IMG/VR virus record: IMGVR_UViG_3300037087_000760
Location: 62,001 to 126,000 of that record
Strand: one strand, 5' to 3'
Length of the DNA: 64,000 nt
Part shown: one piece after another, positions 19,632-28,791 of the stretch
Numbering within the stretch: the stretch's first letter is position 1
Layout: each line of letters begins with the position of its first letter
The notes under the pieces: generated by a model
The model's input: only the letters and a program-made list of their open reading frames with translations
What the model was told of the DNA's origin: nothing
Database searches by the model: none
Translations under genes and position numbers: made by a program

Positions 19632-20165
19632 ATGGGATGCCATACTTGGTTTTACAGAAAAGTAAATAGGACTTTAGAAGAAGCCCGTGAACTTTATATC
19701 AAAGATCACAAAAAGTCTATTATTCGTTTTAAAGAAATGTTGAACAATCCTGAGGATGAAGTTCGCGCCGCTTATTCGTGGACTGATGAAAATCTCGACC
19801 ACGCTATTAAGATAATGGAAAGACAGGTTCAAATGGTTGAAAAAGAATTATGTAATGTGGCGGTTTTCAATCATCAACCAGAAGATCATCGTAGTCGTGA
19901 TTATGAATTTGAAAAAAAGAATAATACTCTTTATTGTACGGATGACGAATTACCACATGATATTTTTCGTATAGGTGGATATCCTGAAGATAGGTTATTT
20001 TCTTTAGAAGAAACTTTACAATATCTCGGATCTCACGATGATAAAATAGGATATGCTGATACAATTTTCAATGAAACCGATAGAAACATTCTTAAAGAAA
20101 GTGCTATCAAAAGATTGAAAAAATTCTGGGAAGATCATCCAGATGGGATGATTGAATTCGGTTAA
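19632..20165 (+). CDS. hypothetical phage protein
   Basis: ORF from MGCHTW, downstream of TAnnTTTG promoter. Confidence 0.7.
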   Translation: MGCHTWFYRKVNRTLEEARELYIKDHKKSIIRFKEMLNNPEDEVRAAYSWTDENLDHAIKIMERQVQMVEKELCNVAVFNHQPEDHRSRDYEFEKKNNTLYCTDDELPHDIFRIGGYPEDRLFSLEETLQYLGSHDDKIGYADTIFNETDRNILKESAIKRLKKFWEDHPDGMIEFG

Positions 20166-21157
20166 TTGTAAATTTCTCTCAGGATCTTTTCTTTATTAAC
20201 AGGAACAACACCAACTTCTTCACAAACAATACCACCGGCTATATTCGACACAAAAGCCGTAAATCCTAAATTACACCCTTCAATATCCATAAGGGCCGAA
20301 AGTGATATAACAGCATCACCAGCCCCACTAACATCCACTATATTTCTTGGTGTAGTACGGAAGTGTAAAGAATCTCCATCTTTTATAGATATAAACATAC
20401 CACGATCAGCCATCGTAACCATAATCTTCTGAATATTCTTTTTTTCGTGAAGTTCCTTACAATGGGTTTTTAAACAATGAATTATATCCTCATTTCCGAA
20501 ATCTATTTTTAGACCATCCCTGAATTCAGATAAATTTGGTTTGAACAGTTCCACATCATGATATAAATTAAAATTCTTATATTTTGGGTCAACATATATT
20601 TTTATTTTTCCTTTTGTTATTTCCAAAATCTTATCAATCAAAACTCTGTTTATTATTCCCTTATCATAATCTTCGAATATAATACCATTAATTGTATGCT
20701 TCTTTAATATTTTTTCTATTTCTTTTACTAAGGCAAGATATGAGGTTATTTCCAAATCAGCTCTTGTTTCTTCATCAATTCTTAACATCTGATAATTATT
20801 ACCCATTATCCTTGTTTTACTGGTAGTTTTACGCTTATTGGATATAATAATTCCAGATTCACATAAATCGTTATCTTTCATCAATTTCGAAAATATTTTA
20901 CCAGTGTCATCATCCCCGATGACAGAACAGATAATTGGTTTGGCTCCCAATCTTTGTAAATTAATAGCAACATTCGAAGCCCCACCAAGTTTATATTCCC
21001 TGTTATAAATCTCACAAACAGGGACAGGGGCTTCTGGTGAAATTCGTTCCACCCTACCAATTTGATAAGTATCCACCATGACATCACCTATAACCAATAT
21101 TGTATTATTCTTGAATCTTTCAAAAACACTATTGTAATCAAAATCTTTATAGTCCAT
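20162..21157 (-). CDS. heptose-7-phosphate kinase (RfaE/HldE kinase domain, PfkB family)
   Basis: GDVMVD..RISPEAPVPV, GGASNVA, DYDKG, DVSGAGD. Confidence 0.9.
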   Translation of the reverse strand: MDYKDFDYNSVFERFKNNTILVIGDVMVDTYQIGRVERISPEAPVPVCEIYNREYKLGGASNVAINLQRLGAKPIICSVIGDDDTGKIFSKLMKDNDLCESGIIISNKRKTTSKTRIMGNNYQMLRIDEETRADLEITSYLALVKEIEKILKKHTINGIIFEDYDKGIINRVLIDKILEITKGKIKIYVDPKYKNFNLYHDVELFKPNLSEFRDGLKIDFGNEDIIHCLKTHCKELHEKKNIQKIMVTMADRGMFISIKDGDSLHFRTTPRNIVDVSGAGDAVISLSALMDIEGCNLGFTAFVSNIAGGIVCEEVGVVPVNKEKILREIYN

Positions 21158-21158
21158 G

Positions 21159-22079
21159 TTATTTTTTTCTTTTTTTATTTTCTTTTTCTATCCAATAAGT
21201 TACGAAGTTAAGGTCGAATTCTTCATGCCATACTTCAATCCCATATAATTTTATCATTTCTTCTTTCCATTTTTCATCCCTACCCGGCACCTGCCACCAA
21301 TAAATTCTTTGGGTTTTAAATATATTCTTATCTGGGTCTCCCTCGAATCTTTCAGAACCAAGAACTAATTCATAGAAAAAATCATATCCATTGGGACCGG
21401 ATTGAATGATAAATTTAGTGTTTTTTATTGCTGTTATTATTGGTATGAGAGAATCATAAATAATTTTTTTATGCTTAATACGAGAAAAATTAGAAATGAA
21501 AAAATTGTCAATATTACATCCGATTGCTAAATTTTTACCAGATGTCATTGTAAAAATTCTACAACCATTTTCGAATTCCAAAATTCTATTCGACCATTTT
21601 ATAATTCCTTGCTTTAAGAAAAATGGTAAACATTGATATGAATTTTTAATTTTTTCAAGGAATTGTTTATTATACTTATTGATTATATCCATACAGGTTA
21701 TTGTCTTATCGATATTGAATGTCATATAATGTAAAAAAATTAACGACATCAACGAAGTTATCCCCACTTGTCTACTGGTAAAAAGAATGTTGAATCTATT
21801 TTCCTGATAATTTTTAAGAACTTCCTTTTGAAAATCAAACAACTTTATTTGAGCCATTCCATTTGGTGTCATTATTTTACAATATTTTTCAATAAAGTAA
21901 ACTATATCATTAACACATTTAGAATATTCTAATAGTTCTTCATTTGTGTAAAGAAATTTGATTCCACTTCTTCTCGTTCCACCATATCCTCTATATTCAA
22001 ACTGTTCTGCCTTTTTAATTGGATATCCTAAGTTATATTGTTTTACTAATTCATTGTAAATTTCTGTTGTGAAAATCAT
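21159..22079 (-). CDS. degenerate terminase large-subunit ATPase-domain paralog (T4 gp17-like)
   Basis: YFIEKYCKI, LFDFQ, SRQVGITS, SGPNG, WWQVPGRDEKW; no nuclease domain. Confidence 0.75.
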   Translation of the reverse strand: MIFTTEIYNELVKQYNLGYPIKKAEQFEYRGYGGTRRSGIKFLYTNEELLEYSKCVNDIVYFIEKYCKIMTPNGMAQIKLFDFQKEVLKNYQENRFNILFTSRQVGITSLMSLIFLHYMTFNIDKTITCMDIINKYNKQFLEKIKNSYQCLPFFLKQGIIKWSNRILEFENGCRIFTMTSGKNLAIGCNIDNFFISNFSRIKHKKIIYDSLIPIITAIKNTKFIIQSGPNGYDFFYELVLGSERFEGDPDKNIFKTQRIYWWQVPGRDEKWKEEMIKLYGIEVWHEEFDLNFVTYWIEKENKKRKK

Positions 22080-22233
22080 ATGTAATTTTCTTTTTTACTT
22101 ATATATAAACATTTTAAAGTCAAAAATAATTAAAAAACAATCAATTTTTTTTCCAATATGATGTTTTTTAATACAAATTGAAAAATTATACTCATAATAA
22201 ATGAATTAGTTTTCAAAAATAATATATAAGATC

Positions 22234-22722
22234 ATGAAATACCTTAAACTATTCGAGGACTATAATAAGAAAATAGGGAATACCTATAAGGAGGGAGATT
22301 GGATGGTCATGGAACTTGATAATTCGGAACAATTTAATTCCATATTAGATAGGTTTTATCTGGATAAAATTTGGATTTCTTCTGAGGGAGATTGGGAAAT
22401 TTACTATTTGGATTATACAGATAAAGATGATGATAATGAAGATTTTTGGCATAAGAAAATGGTTATATATTTAGACCCAAAACATTATATAATAAAAACA
22501 AAAGAACTATTAAGTGAACCAGTTTATAAAGTAAGAGATCCCAAATTATCTATGGAACAAGAACTTCATTTAAGATCTTGGATTGGGAAAGATAATAAAC
22601 CGAAAATTAATAAATATAGTGGTAAATATTTGGGAGTTAATGATAAAGGACAGGCTATGTTTATTAGTCCCCATTCTGGTAATGTTATATTCATAGAAAA
22701 AGATGGAGAGGTAATAACATAA
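22234..22722 (+). CDS. hypothetical protein with capsid-targeting-like N-terminus
   Basis: MKYLKLFEDY; upstream AATATATA. Confidence 0.7.
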   Translation: MKYLKLFEDYNKKIGNTYKEGDWMVMELDNSEQFNSILDRFYLDKIWISSEGDWEIYYLDYTDKDDDNEDFWHKKMVIYLDPKHYIIKTKELLSEPVYKVRDPKLSMEQELHLRSWIGKDNKPKINKYSGKYLGVNDKGQAMFISPHSGNVIFIEKDGEVIT

Positions 22723-22746
22723 TACTATAATTAATATATACTTCAT

Positions 22747-23757
22747 ATGAAATTCACAATTCAAGATATAGCAGATAATGTCAATTACACAGATTTTGAT
22801 AATTTATTTCCCGGATATTCCCCACCCGGATCTTATTCTTCTACATCATCAACAGATAATGATAACAACGATTGTATGTTTTCGAATAAGAATAAATTTA
22901 TTGAATACGCGACTGATATAATTGAAATGTTTGATAGTTTTCCACCAGAATTTCCGATATACAGATCAATATCTGTCAAATCAGAAAAAGATATTATAAT
23001 GGATAATCTCGGAGAATCATGGTCATTTGATTTTGAATCGGCTAAAAATTTCGGAGGACATAATAGATGTAATATTATGTTATCCGCGATCGTAACTCGT
23101 GATAATGTAGATTGGTATGCGTCAATGAATCGTTATGTAATATTTTCGGGTCATTATGATGGAGATGATGAAAATGAAATTGTTGTTATAGATACGGAGA
23201 AATTAAAAAATCTTACTGTTAGTAATATTAAAGAGGCCAAGGAAATCGGGGAGAACCCCATATTCACCAGAGTAGAAAAGAAATCGGAATCATATGTAAA
23301 GAATTTTGAATCTTGGTTGAAGAAAAATATATTCGAAGATGCTCTTTTTGAACCAACTCATATAAAGCGTTTCTCCGAAATTTCTATGTCTAAAGCTGAA
23401 ATAAAGAATAAGTTTGGAGATCTGATCAAACAATTACAGGAATTGATTTTACATTTATTCGATAAAAATGAATCCCCAATAATCACTTGTAAAGTGGTAT
23501 CAGTATATGATAAAGAAAATGATGATTGGGTAGATGGATTAGAATTACCAGATGGTGAATTTTCAAAAATGAATTTAAAAGATCTGGGAGAACTTCTCAG
23601 ACAGAAAAAGAAATTATTACCTTGTACTGTGAAAATAACAGATGATAAAGGTAAGAGAACGAAAGAACCAATTATCAATGGTTATATAAAATTCTTACAT
23701 CCCAAAACAGATAAACAGAATGATCCCTCAATGCCTTGGGAAAATAAAAATCAATAA
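22747..23757 (+). CDS. hypothetical protein, possible R-S-E ADP-ribosyltransferase-like domain
   Basis: IYRSI...GESWS...ENEIVV. Confidence 0.45.
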   Translation: MKFTIQDIADNVNYTDFDNLFPGYSPPGSYSSTSSTDNDNNDCMFSNKNKFIEYATDIIEMFDSFPPEFPIYRSISVKSEKDIIMDNLGESWSFDFESAKNFGGHNRCNIMLSAIVTRDNVDWYASMNRYVIFSGHYDGDDENEIVVIDTEKLKNLTVSNIKEAKEIGENPIFTRVEKKSESYVKNFESWLKKNIFEDALFEPTHIKRFSEISMSKAEIKNKFGDLIKQLQELILHLFDKNESPIITCKVVSVYDKENDDWVDGLELPDGEFSKMNLKDLGELLRQKKKLLPCTVKITDDKGKRTKEPIINGYIKFLHPKTDKQNDPSMPWENKNQ

Positions 23758-23788
23758 ACATCACATAATATTCCATATATAATATTAT

Positions 23789-24262
23789 ATGAACACATTC
23801 GAAAGAAAAATATCTTCCATTCGTGATTGTGATATAACACAAATGTTTAAGGATATGTCAGAAGAATATGATGTTAAAATAAAGATCAGAGATCCTGAAT
23901 ATTTTGATTTTGAATCCATAAAAGCCACAGCTACTTTACATAAAAATTTGGTAAATATTAATTTGAAACTATTAAAAAATAAATCTATTTTGATAAAAAG
24001 CATTTTACACGAGATAGGTCATATAGTATGTTTCAGAAAAGGAATTTATAAAAATTACCATACTACTAATAATATCATAAGTAATATGTCTGAAGAAGTA
24101 AAAAGATTAAAAATATTAACAGGACTAAAAGCTGAAAAATATGTTGATAGATGGGCATCCAACGAATTAAAAAAATGGAACAATAGATTAAAATATGATT
24201 TTTCATATTCAAATATTGGTGTTCAAAAAAGATATAAGGAGTGGTTAAAAAGATATAAATGA
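23789..24262 (+). CDS. HExxH metallopeptidase-like protein
   Basis: ILHEIGH. Confidence 0.55.
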   Translation: MNTFERKISSIRDCDITQMFKDMSEEYDVKIKIRDPEYFDFESIKATATLHKNLVNINLKLLKNKSILIKSILHEIGHIVCFRKGIYKNYHTTNNIISNMSEEVKRLKILTGLKAEKYVDRWASNELKKWNNRLKYDFSYSNIGVQKRYKEWLKRYK

Positions 24263-24265
24263 AAA

Positions 24266-24850
24266 ATGGATAGTTTTGAAACAAAAGTCGCTTTGTTCGA
24301 CATGGATGGTACATTAGCTGATTATGATAGTCAGTTATTGAAAGACCTCAAAAAAATAGCTTCACCCAATGAACCACCAATTGATGGTGAAAAAGATGCA
24401 CATAGAGTTGGTGGTTATATCGAAGCTCGTAGACACACAATCACATCCCAAGTTGGTTGGTGGTTGAATCTAAAAAAATTAAAACTTGGTATCGATATTC
24501 TCAAACTGTGTAAAGAAATTGGATTTGAAATTGTTGTTCTTACAAAAGGTCCATCTACTAAATTTTCAGCTTGGTCAGAAAAAGTAGAATGGTGTAATAA
24601 ACATATAAAAGAATACATAAAAGGAGTAACCATTACAAATGATAAAGGTCTGGTATATGGTTGGGTTCTGGTAGATGACTATCCAGAATATATCGAATCG
24701 TGGTTAAAACACCGTCCAAGGGGATTGGTGATAATGCCAGCTCACGAATATAATAAGGATTTCAAACACCCAAATGTCATAAGATATGATGGTACAAATA
24801 TCGAAGAAGTAAAGGAAAGACTAATATCTCAGTTCAATAGAAAGAAGTAA
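24266..24850 (+). CDS. HAD-family 5'(3')-deoxyribonucleotidase-like protein
   Basis: FDMDGTLAD, LT, K, LVDD motifs. Confidence 0.8.
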   Translation: MDSFETKVALFDMDGTLADYDSQLLKDLKKIASPNEPPIDGEKDAHRVGGYIEARRHTITSQVGWWLNLKKLKLGIDILKLCKEIGFEIVVLTKGPSTKFSAWSEKVEWCNKHIKEYIKGVTITNDKGLVYGWVLVDDYPEYIESWLKHRPRGLVIMPAHEYNKDFKHPNVIRYDGTNIEEVKERLISQFNRKK

Positions 24851-24919
24851 TGTCTAATACCGAAGTAGAAGAATGGTTAAATGAACAAAGGGCTAAAAAA
24901 TTAAAAGAAATATTGGATA

Positions 24920-25123
24920 ATGTCTAAACTAAATGGAAAATGGTTATATTGTCCAGTTTGTGGTCCAACCTCATACCCATCTCATTTATTCAAAGGTATT
25001 CATGAATGTTACAGATGTAAATGGAGAGGTAGGAAAAAAGATTTATGGGGACCCTACGAAAATCCTCATGAACAATGGTTAAATGAACAAAGATCCAAAA
25101 AGTTAAAAGAAATATTGGATTAA
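24920..25123 (+). CDS. small Zn-finger protein with C-terminal RxxKLKEILD
   Basis: CPVC/CYRC. Confidence 0.65.
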   Translation: MSKLNGKWLYCPVCGPTSYPSHLFKGIHECYRCKWRGRKKDLWGPYENPHEQWLNEQRSKKLKEILD

Positions 25124-25182
25124 TTTTTTTATTTCAGCTAATTGTCGTAATTTTGTATCATCAAACTTAAAAACCATAGAGT

Positions 25183-25542
25183 ATGTCAGTTTATAAAGAA
25201 TTATTCTGGTCGGCCGAACAGGTCGAGAAAAGATCAAAAAGGATTTATCCTGATGCATGTGATTACGGTGTTCCCATCTTTTCCAATGGAGATGAACTTA
25301 TCATGATGGTGAAACAGTGTATTGATATGTATGATGGTAAGGTAACTACCGAAACTTACGGAACAGGATCAACACAGACCATTGTAATTGAGGGTTACGA
25401 TGAATGGGTTACAAAGGAAAAGGTTGTTTTTACATTCACCTATACATCCATCAACGAAAAGTATCGTGGATCGGATAAGAAAATGATCGGTATCCTTGAA
25501 ATCATCAAAAGAAGTGATAGGGAACTTGTAACAAATTGGTAA
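25183..25542 (+). CDS. hypothetical phage protein
   Basis: ORF after early-type promoter. Confidence 0.7.
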   Translation: MSVYKELFWSAEQVEKRSKRIYPDACDYGVPIFSNGDELIMMVKQCIDMYDGKVTTETYGTGSTQTIVIEGYDEWVTKEKVVFTFTYTSINEKYRGSDKKMIGILEIIKRSDRELVTNW

Positions 25543-26027
25543 AAATGGATAAAATTTATATTATTGAATCAATTCCCGGCGATTACGACAGCGATCCGAG
25601 TATCATTGGTTATATCGAAGATAAAGACATAGCTAAAGAAACAGTTCGTAAACTGAATGAAACTCTTGAAAAGGCCAAGGAATGGAATGAGAAAATTTCT
25701 GATTATCTTATAAATGTTATTAATCCATCAATACCAGAAGAAGAAAGAGAAGAAGTTCCTGAAATTCCAAAATGGAAAGCTGGTATTTCTGAAAAGGAAA
25801 TCACCGATGAAATGAGATCCGAAAGAAATCGTATCAAAGCATTACAGGTGGAAATAGGGGAAAGAAATCACGAAAAATATCTGAAATGGAAACTTCAATC
25901 GGATGAACTTCAAAAGGAATATATTTATTCTTTTAATATCGACCCTGAAATTTTGGTAATGATGACGAATATAAAAATGAATTGGATAAAGGGTTTCCGT
26001 TGGATTGAAGTTTCAAAAATGAAATAA
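25536..26027 (+). CDS. hypothetical phage protein
   Basis: ORF. Confidence 0.7.
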   Translation: MVKMDKIYIIESIPGDYDSDPSIIGYIEDKDIAKETVRKLNETLEKAKEWNEKISDYLINVINPSIPEEEREEVPEIPKWKAGISEKEITDEMRSERNRIKALQVEIGERNHEKYLKWKLQSDELQKEYIYSFNIDPEILVMMTNIKMNWIKGFRWIEVSKMK

Positions 26028-26194
26028 ATTATCAATTAATTTTTTTTATTCAAAAATTTGACATAATTTTGTAGTTCGTTTGTGAAAAGTTTTTTATTCC
26101 AGTTATCTTGGGAAGTCGGACAATGGAATCCGATTTCCCTCGAAACAGGAATAAAATAAAAAATAAAAAATATCGTTCTTAAACTTATTGAAGA

Positions 26195-26405
26195 TTTCGG
26201 TTCTTCCGTCATAATTTTACACGGCTTTTTCGGAGAAATCAAAGACGCGTTAAGATTTCGATGATGAAAAGGTTTTCCCTCAGTGGGATTAACTATTAGG
26301 TATCTGAGATGATGGGTAGCTCTAAGCAAGAACCGATACGTACTCAAGGAGTCCCCGCTGGGTGTGGGGCCAAGTAAGTGGAAGTGATCCCCCTCTTAAC
26401 CCCTT
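26195..26405 (+). ncRNA. candidate structured ncRNA
   Basis: GC-elevated intergenic region; TCGGTTCTT/AAGAACCGA long-range pair; preceded by the same 22-mer that precedes the Y-RNA-like elements at 36.6 kb. Confidence 0.45.
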
Positions 26406-26435
26406 TTTCTTTTTTCAAAATGTAAATATGAAATT

Positions 26436-26648
26436 ATGGAAACCATTAAATTAATTGTAGCATATTCTGATGAATCTGGAAACCCCAAAGGAATTATGAC
26501 TGAGGATGGGTACAATCGAATCATGGATAAGTCGTGGATTCGACACAGGGTTGAAATTATAGTACCGAAAAAAGATTGGGATGAAGAAAAAATACACATC
26601 GGTAATGTGAAAGCAATCGTATCTAAACAAATAGGTGATATATTTTGA
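26436..26648 (+). CDS. hypothetical protein
   Basis: 70-aa ORF. Confidence 0.6.
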   Translation: METIKLIVAYSDESGNPKGIMTEDGYNRIMDKSWIRHRVEIIVPKKDWDEEKIHIGNVKAIVSKQIGDIF

Positions 26649-26744
26649 AAATGGAAAAAAGTCATATTTTTGAAAAAATATATAAAATAAATTAAACAAG
26701 ACTGAAAAATTATAATATATAACAATACAAAACAAATTTCAACA

Positions 26745-26840
26745 ATGATACAGACATTGAAACATAGTAAACATTTTAGTTCATCATCCAAGTGGTTTAC
26801 CACTATCGGGGTTGAAGTGAAATTGCTATGTCAGGTGTAA
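26745..26840 (+). CDS. leader peptide of tRNA array 2 (MIQTLKHSKHFSSSSKWFTTIGVEVKLLCQV)
   Basis: 31-aa ORF; 13 consecutive K/H/S/F/W codons; antiterminator TATCGGGGTT at 26804-26813. Confidence 0.88.
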   Translation: MIQTLKHSKHFSSSSKWFTTIGVEVKLLCQV

Positions 26841-26863
26841 GATAACATTGGAAATAGATTCAC

Positions 26864-26897
26864 AAAAAACCCCGATACGAAAGTGTTGGGGTTTTTT
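26864..26897 (+). terminator. attenuator terminator of tRNA array 2
   Basis: AAAAAACCCCGATAC-GAAA-GTGTTGGGGTTTTTT. Confidence 0.88.
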
Positions 26898-26935
26898 GTT
26901 TTATATCGTTCTTTAAAATAGTGTAATTGTGTAAT

Positions 26936-27064
26936 GGGGAAATAGCTCAGTTGGTAGAGCGCTAAAAATACTTATTCTGGTATTCTCGTTGTGAAACGAA
27001 GCGGTAGAATGAGTTACTTCGACTTCTAATCGAGAGGTCGTGGGTTCGAGTCCCACTTTCTCCG
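26936..27064 (+). ncRNA. tRNA/Y-RNA chimera: tRNA body (TCT loop) with extra arm between D and anticodon arms
   Basis: Normal acceptor, D and T arms; inserted hairpin with GTATTC/AGCGG internal loop and GTTACTTC motif shared with RNAs beside Ro60. Confidence 0.75.
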
Positions 27065-27069
27065 CACAT

Positions 27070-27153
27070 GGTGATTGTAGTCCGTAAATGGAAGCGGGAC
27101 GGGTTGTGACCCCGTAGGTATACTCCGTGAGGGTTCGATTCCCTTCTTTCACC
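27070..27153 (+). tRNA. tRNA-His(GTG), encoded G-1, long variable region
   Basis: Loop TTGTGAC; C73. Confidence 0.75.
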
Positions 27154-27165
27154 CACCTAATAAAT

Positions 27166-27185
27166 GTTCTTTGACATCTTGAAAT
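27166..27185 (+). promoter_or_regulatory. boxA-like antitermination element
   Basis: GTTCTTTGACATCTTGAAAT. Confidence 0.6.
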
Positions 27186-27219
27186 GAAATTTTGTGTTGA
27201 ATACCTAATCAACACAAAT

Positions 27220-27290
27220 GGAGAGGTAGCTCAATTCATAGAGCCTATGGGTTTACCGTAGAGATGGTGATTTGATTCCACCCCTCTCCA
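27220..27290 (+). tRNA. atypical or pseudo tRNA (loop GGTTTAC)
   Basis: Perfect acceptor stem, degenerate T arm, no U33. Confidence 0.5.
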
Positions 27291-27295
27291 CATCT

Positions 27296-27423
27296 GGGGG
27301 GATAGCTCAGTTGGTAGAGCATTCGGCTGGGTAGAACAATCATCATAATACAGTGCACACAGATTTATGATTGAAAGGTTCTACCGAAACTGATGGTCGC
27401 TGGTTCGAATCCAGCTCCCCCCA
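27296..27423 (+). ncRNA. tRNA with long hairpin inserted in the anticodon loop (intron-like)
   Basis: Canonical D and T arms; GGTAGAAC...GTTCTACC hairpin in the loop. Confidence 0.7.
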
Positions 27424-27426
27424 CAA

Positions 27427-27543
27427 TCGAGATTTGGTTCGAATCCAATTTATAGTTTAATATGGTAAAACACGAGGTTCTGAAATGTAGGTTCGATCCC
27501 TACCAAACCCTTCGGGATGGTAGTTTAACTGGTAAAACGCAGA
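27427..27543 (+). ncRNA. tandem permuted tRNA-elbow modules (T arm then D arm; YrlA-like)
   Basis: TTGG-TTCGAAT-CCAA..TAGTTTAATATGGTAAAAC, then GTAGG-TTCGATC-CCTAC-..CC-TTCG-GG..-TAGTTTAACTGGTAAAAC. Confidence 0.65.
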
Positions 27544-27548
27544 CAATA

Positions 27549-27678
27549 GGGGGAATAGCTCAAAGGTAGAGTATAGATTCTGAGAACAAATATTCCCTTT
27601 TAAGTTAAGTGGCGATGTATTCAGTTACTTCGGTTGTCTTAAAAACAAAAGATACGGGTTCGAATCCCGTTTCCCCCG
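27549..27678 (+). ncRNA. tRNA/Y-RNA chimera (TAA loop) with inserted arm
   Basis: Same architecture as 26936-27064, with GTTACTTC motif. Confidence 0.7.
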
Positions 27679-27680
27679 CA

Positions 27681-27750
27681 ATGTAGTAGTGATTTGTAGT
27701 GTTACTTCGACTCGAAATCCAAAATGAACACTCAATAATTTTCTCTACAT
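27681..27750 (+). ncRNA. minimal Y-RNA-like stem-loop
   Basis: ATGTAG/CTACAT stem, internal loop, GTGTTACTTC motif. Confidence 0.6.
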
Positions 27751-27751
27751 T

Positions 27752-28114
27752 TTAATATTCTGTGTAATGAGGTATTTGAACATTGTACTTTTTCAAATAA
27801 TGATTTATATTTTCTTCATTATTCGTTATCTCTATTTGTTTTAATAATTTTTGATCATCTAAATCATAAGGTACTTTTGTGTTCAACCAAAAATTAATTT
27901 GATACATTGTATCATAATCAACTACTTCAATTTCTATTGGTAGTAAATCATGTACATCTTTATCATATTCTTTATTACCTGTATCATGAGATAAATATTC
28001 ATAAATAATGTATTCACTCCACCATTTATTTAAAAATTGTTTTATCTTTTCTTCTGGTGAAAAACTACTAACATCTTCGTTTATGAATTCAGTGAAGTTC
28101 TTTATATTTTTCAT
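27752..28114 (-). CDS. hypothetical protein with capsid-targeting-like N-terminus, antisense inside tRNA array
   Basis: MKNIKNFTEFINE. Confidence 0.7.
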   Translation of the reverse strand: MKNIKNFTEFINEDVSSFSPEEKIKQFLNKWWSEYIIYEYLSHDTGNKEYDKDVHDLLPIEIEVVDYDTMYQINFWLNTKVPYDLDDQKLLKQIEITNNEENINHYLKKYNVQIPHYTEY

Positions 28115-28153
28115 GATAGTATATATTTAATTATAAAAATCATTTTTCTTTAT

Positions 28154-28228
28154 GGTGGTTGTGGCTCAGTTGGTCAGAGCGTCAGATTGTGGATCTGAAG
28201 GTCGTGGGTTCGAGACCCACCATCCACC
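28154..28228 (+). tRNA. tRNA-His(GTG), encoded G-1
   Basis: Canonical cloverleaf. Confidence 0.92.
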
Positions 28229-28241
28229 CCAAATAATTACT

Positions 28242-28315
28242 GGACTTTAAGCTAATCAAGTTGGAAAGCGCTACCCTGAAGAGGTAGAGAGTCGGAGCGT
28301 TACCGAAAAAGTCCA
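28242..28315 (+). tRNA. tRNA-Phe(GAA), atypical T loop
   Basis: Loop CTGAAGA. Confidence 0.75.
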
Positions 28316-28320
28316 CAAAT

Positions 28321-28393
<73 letters not shown>

Positions 28394-28407
28394 CCTGAAT
28401 GAATAAT

Positions 28408-28478
28408 GTGGTTGTAGCTGAGTAGGTTAGCACTGGCGTGAAGCCCCAGAGACACAGGTTCGATCCCTGTCATCCACA
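28408..28478 (+). tRNA. tRNA-Phe(GAA), atypical anticodon loop
   Basis: Loop GTGAAGC. Confidence 0.7.
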
Positions 28479-28487
28479 CAAAAAATT

Positions 28488-28573
28488 GGAAGATGAAACG
28501 GACAGGGTTTCCGTAACCGCCCGCTAAGCGTGTTGTTCCTATCTGGAATGGGTTTCGATTACTCCATCTTCCG
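28488..28573 (+). tRNA. tRNA-Ser(GCT)
   Basis: Long variable arm, G73. Confidence 0.75.
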
Positions 28574-28595
28574 CAAAAATTAATGTAGGTTAAAT

Positions 28596-28679
28596 GGAGA
28601 GTTGGCAGAGCGGTCTAATGCGGCGGTCTTGAAAACCGTTGACCATCTTGGTCCGGGGGTTCGAATCCCTCACTCTCCG
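28596..28679 (+). tRNA. tRNA-Ser(TGA)
   Basis: Canonical cloverleaf. Confidence 0.93.
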
Positions 28680-28688
28680 CAATAATTT

Positions 28689-28781
28689 GGAAGGTTAACT
28701 GGTCAGGGTTTTTGCCAGCACTGTCTTGAAAACAGTTGGTTCGTCTAAACAACGGATGGGGTTCGAGACCTCAGCTTTCCG
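28689..28781 (+). tRNA. tRNA-Ser(TGA)
   Basis: Loop CTTGAAA, long variable arm. Confidence 0.85.
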
Positions 28782-28791
28782 CACTGTAAAT

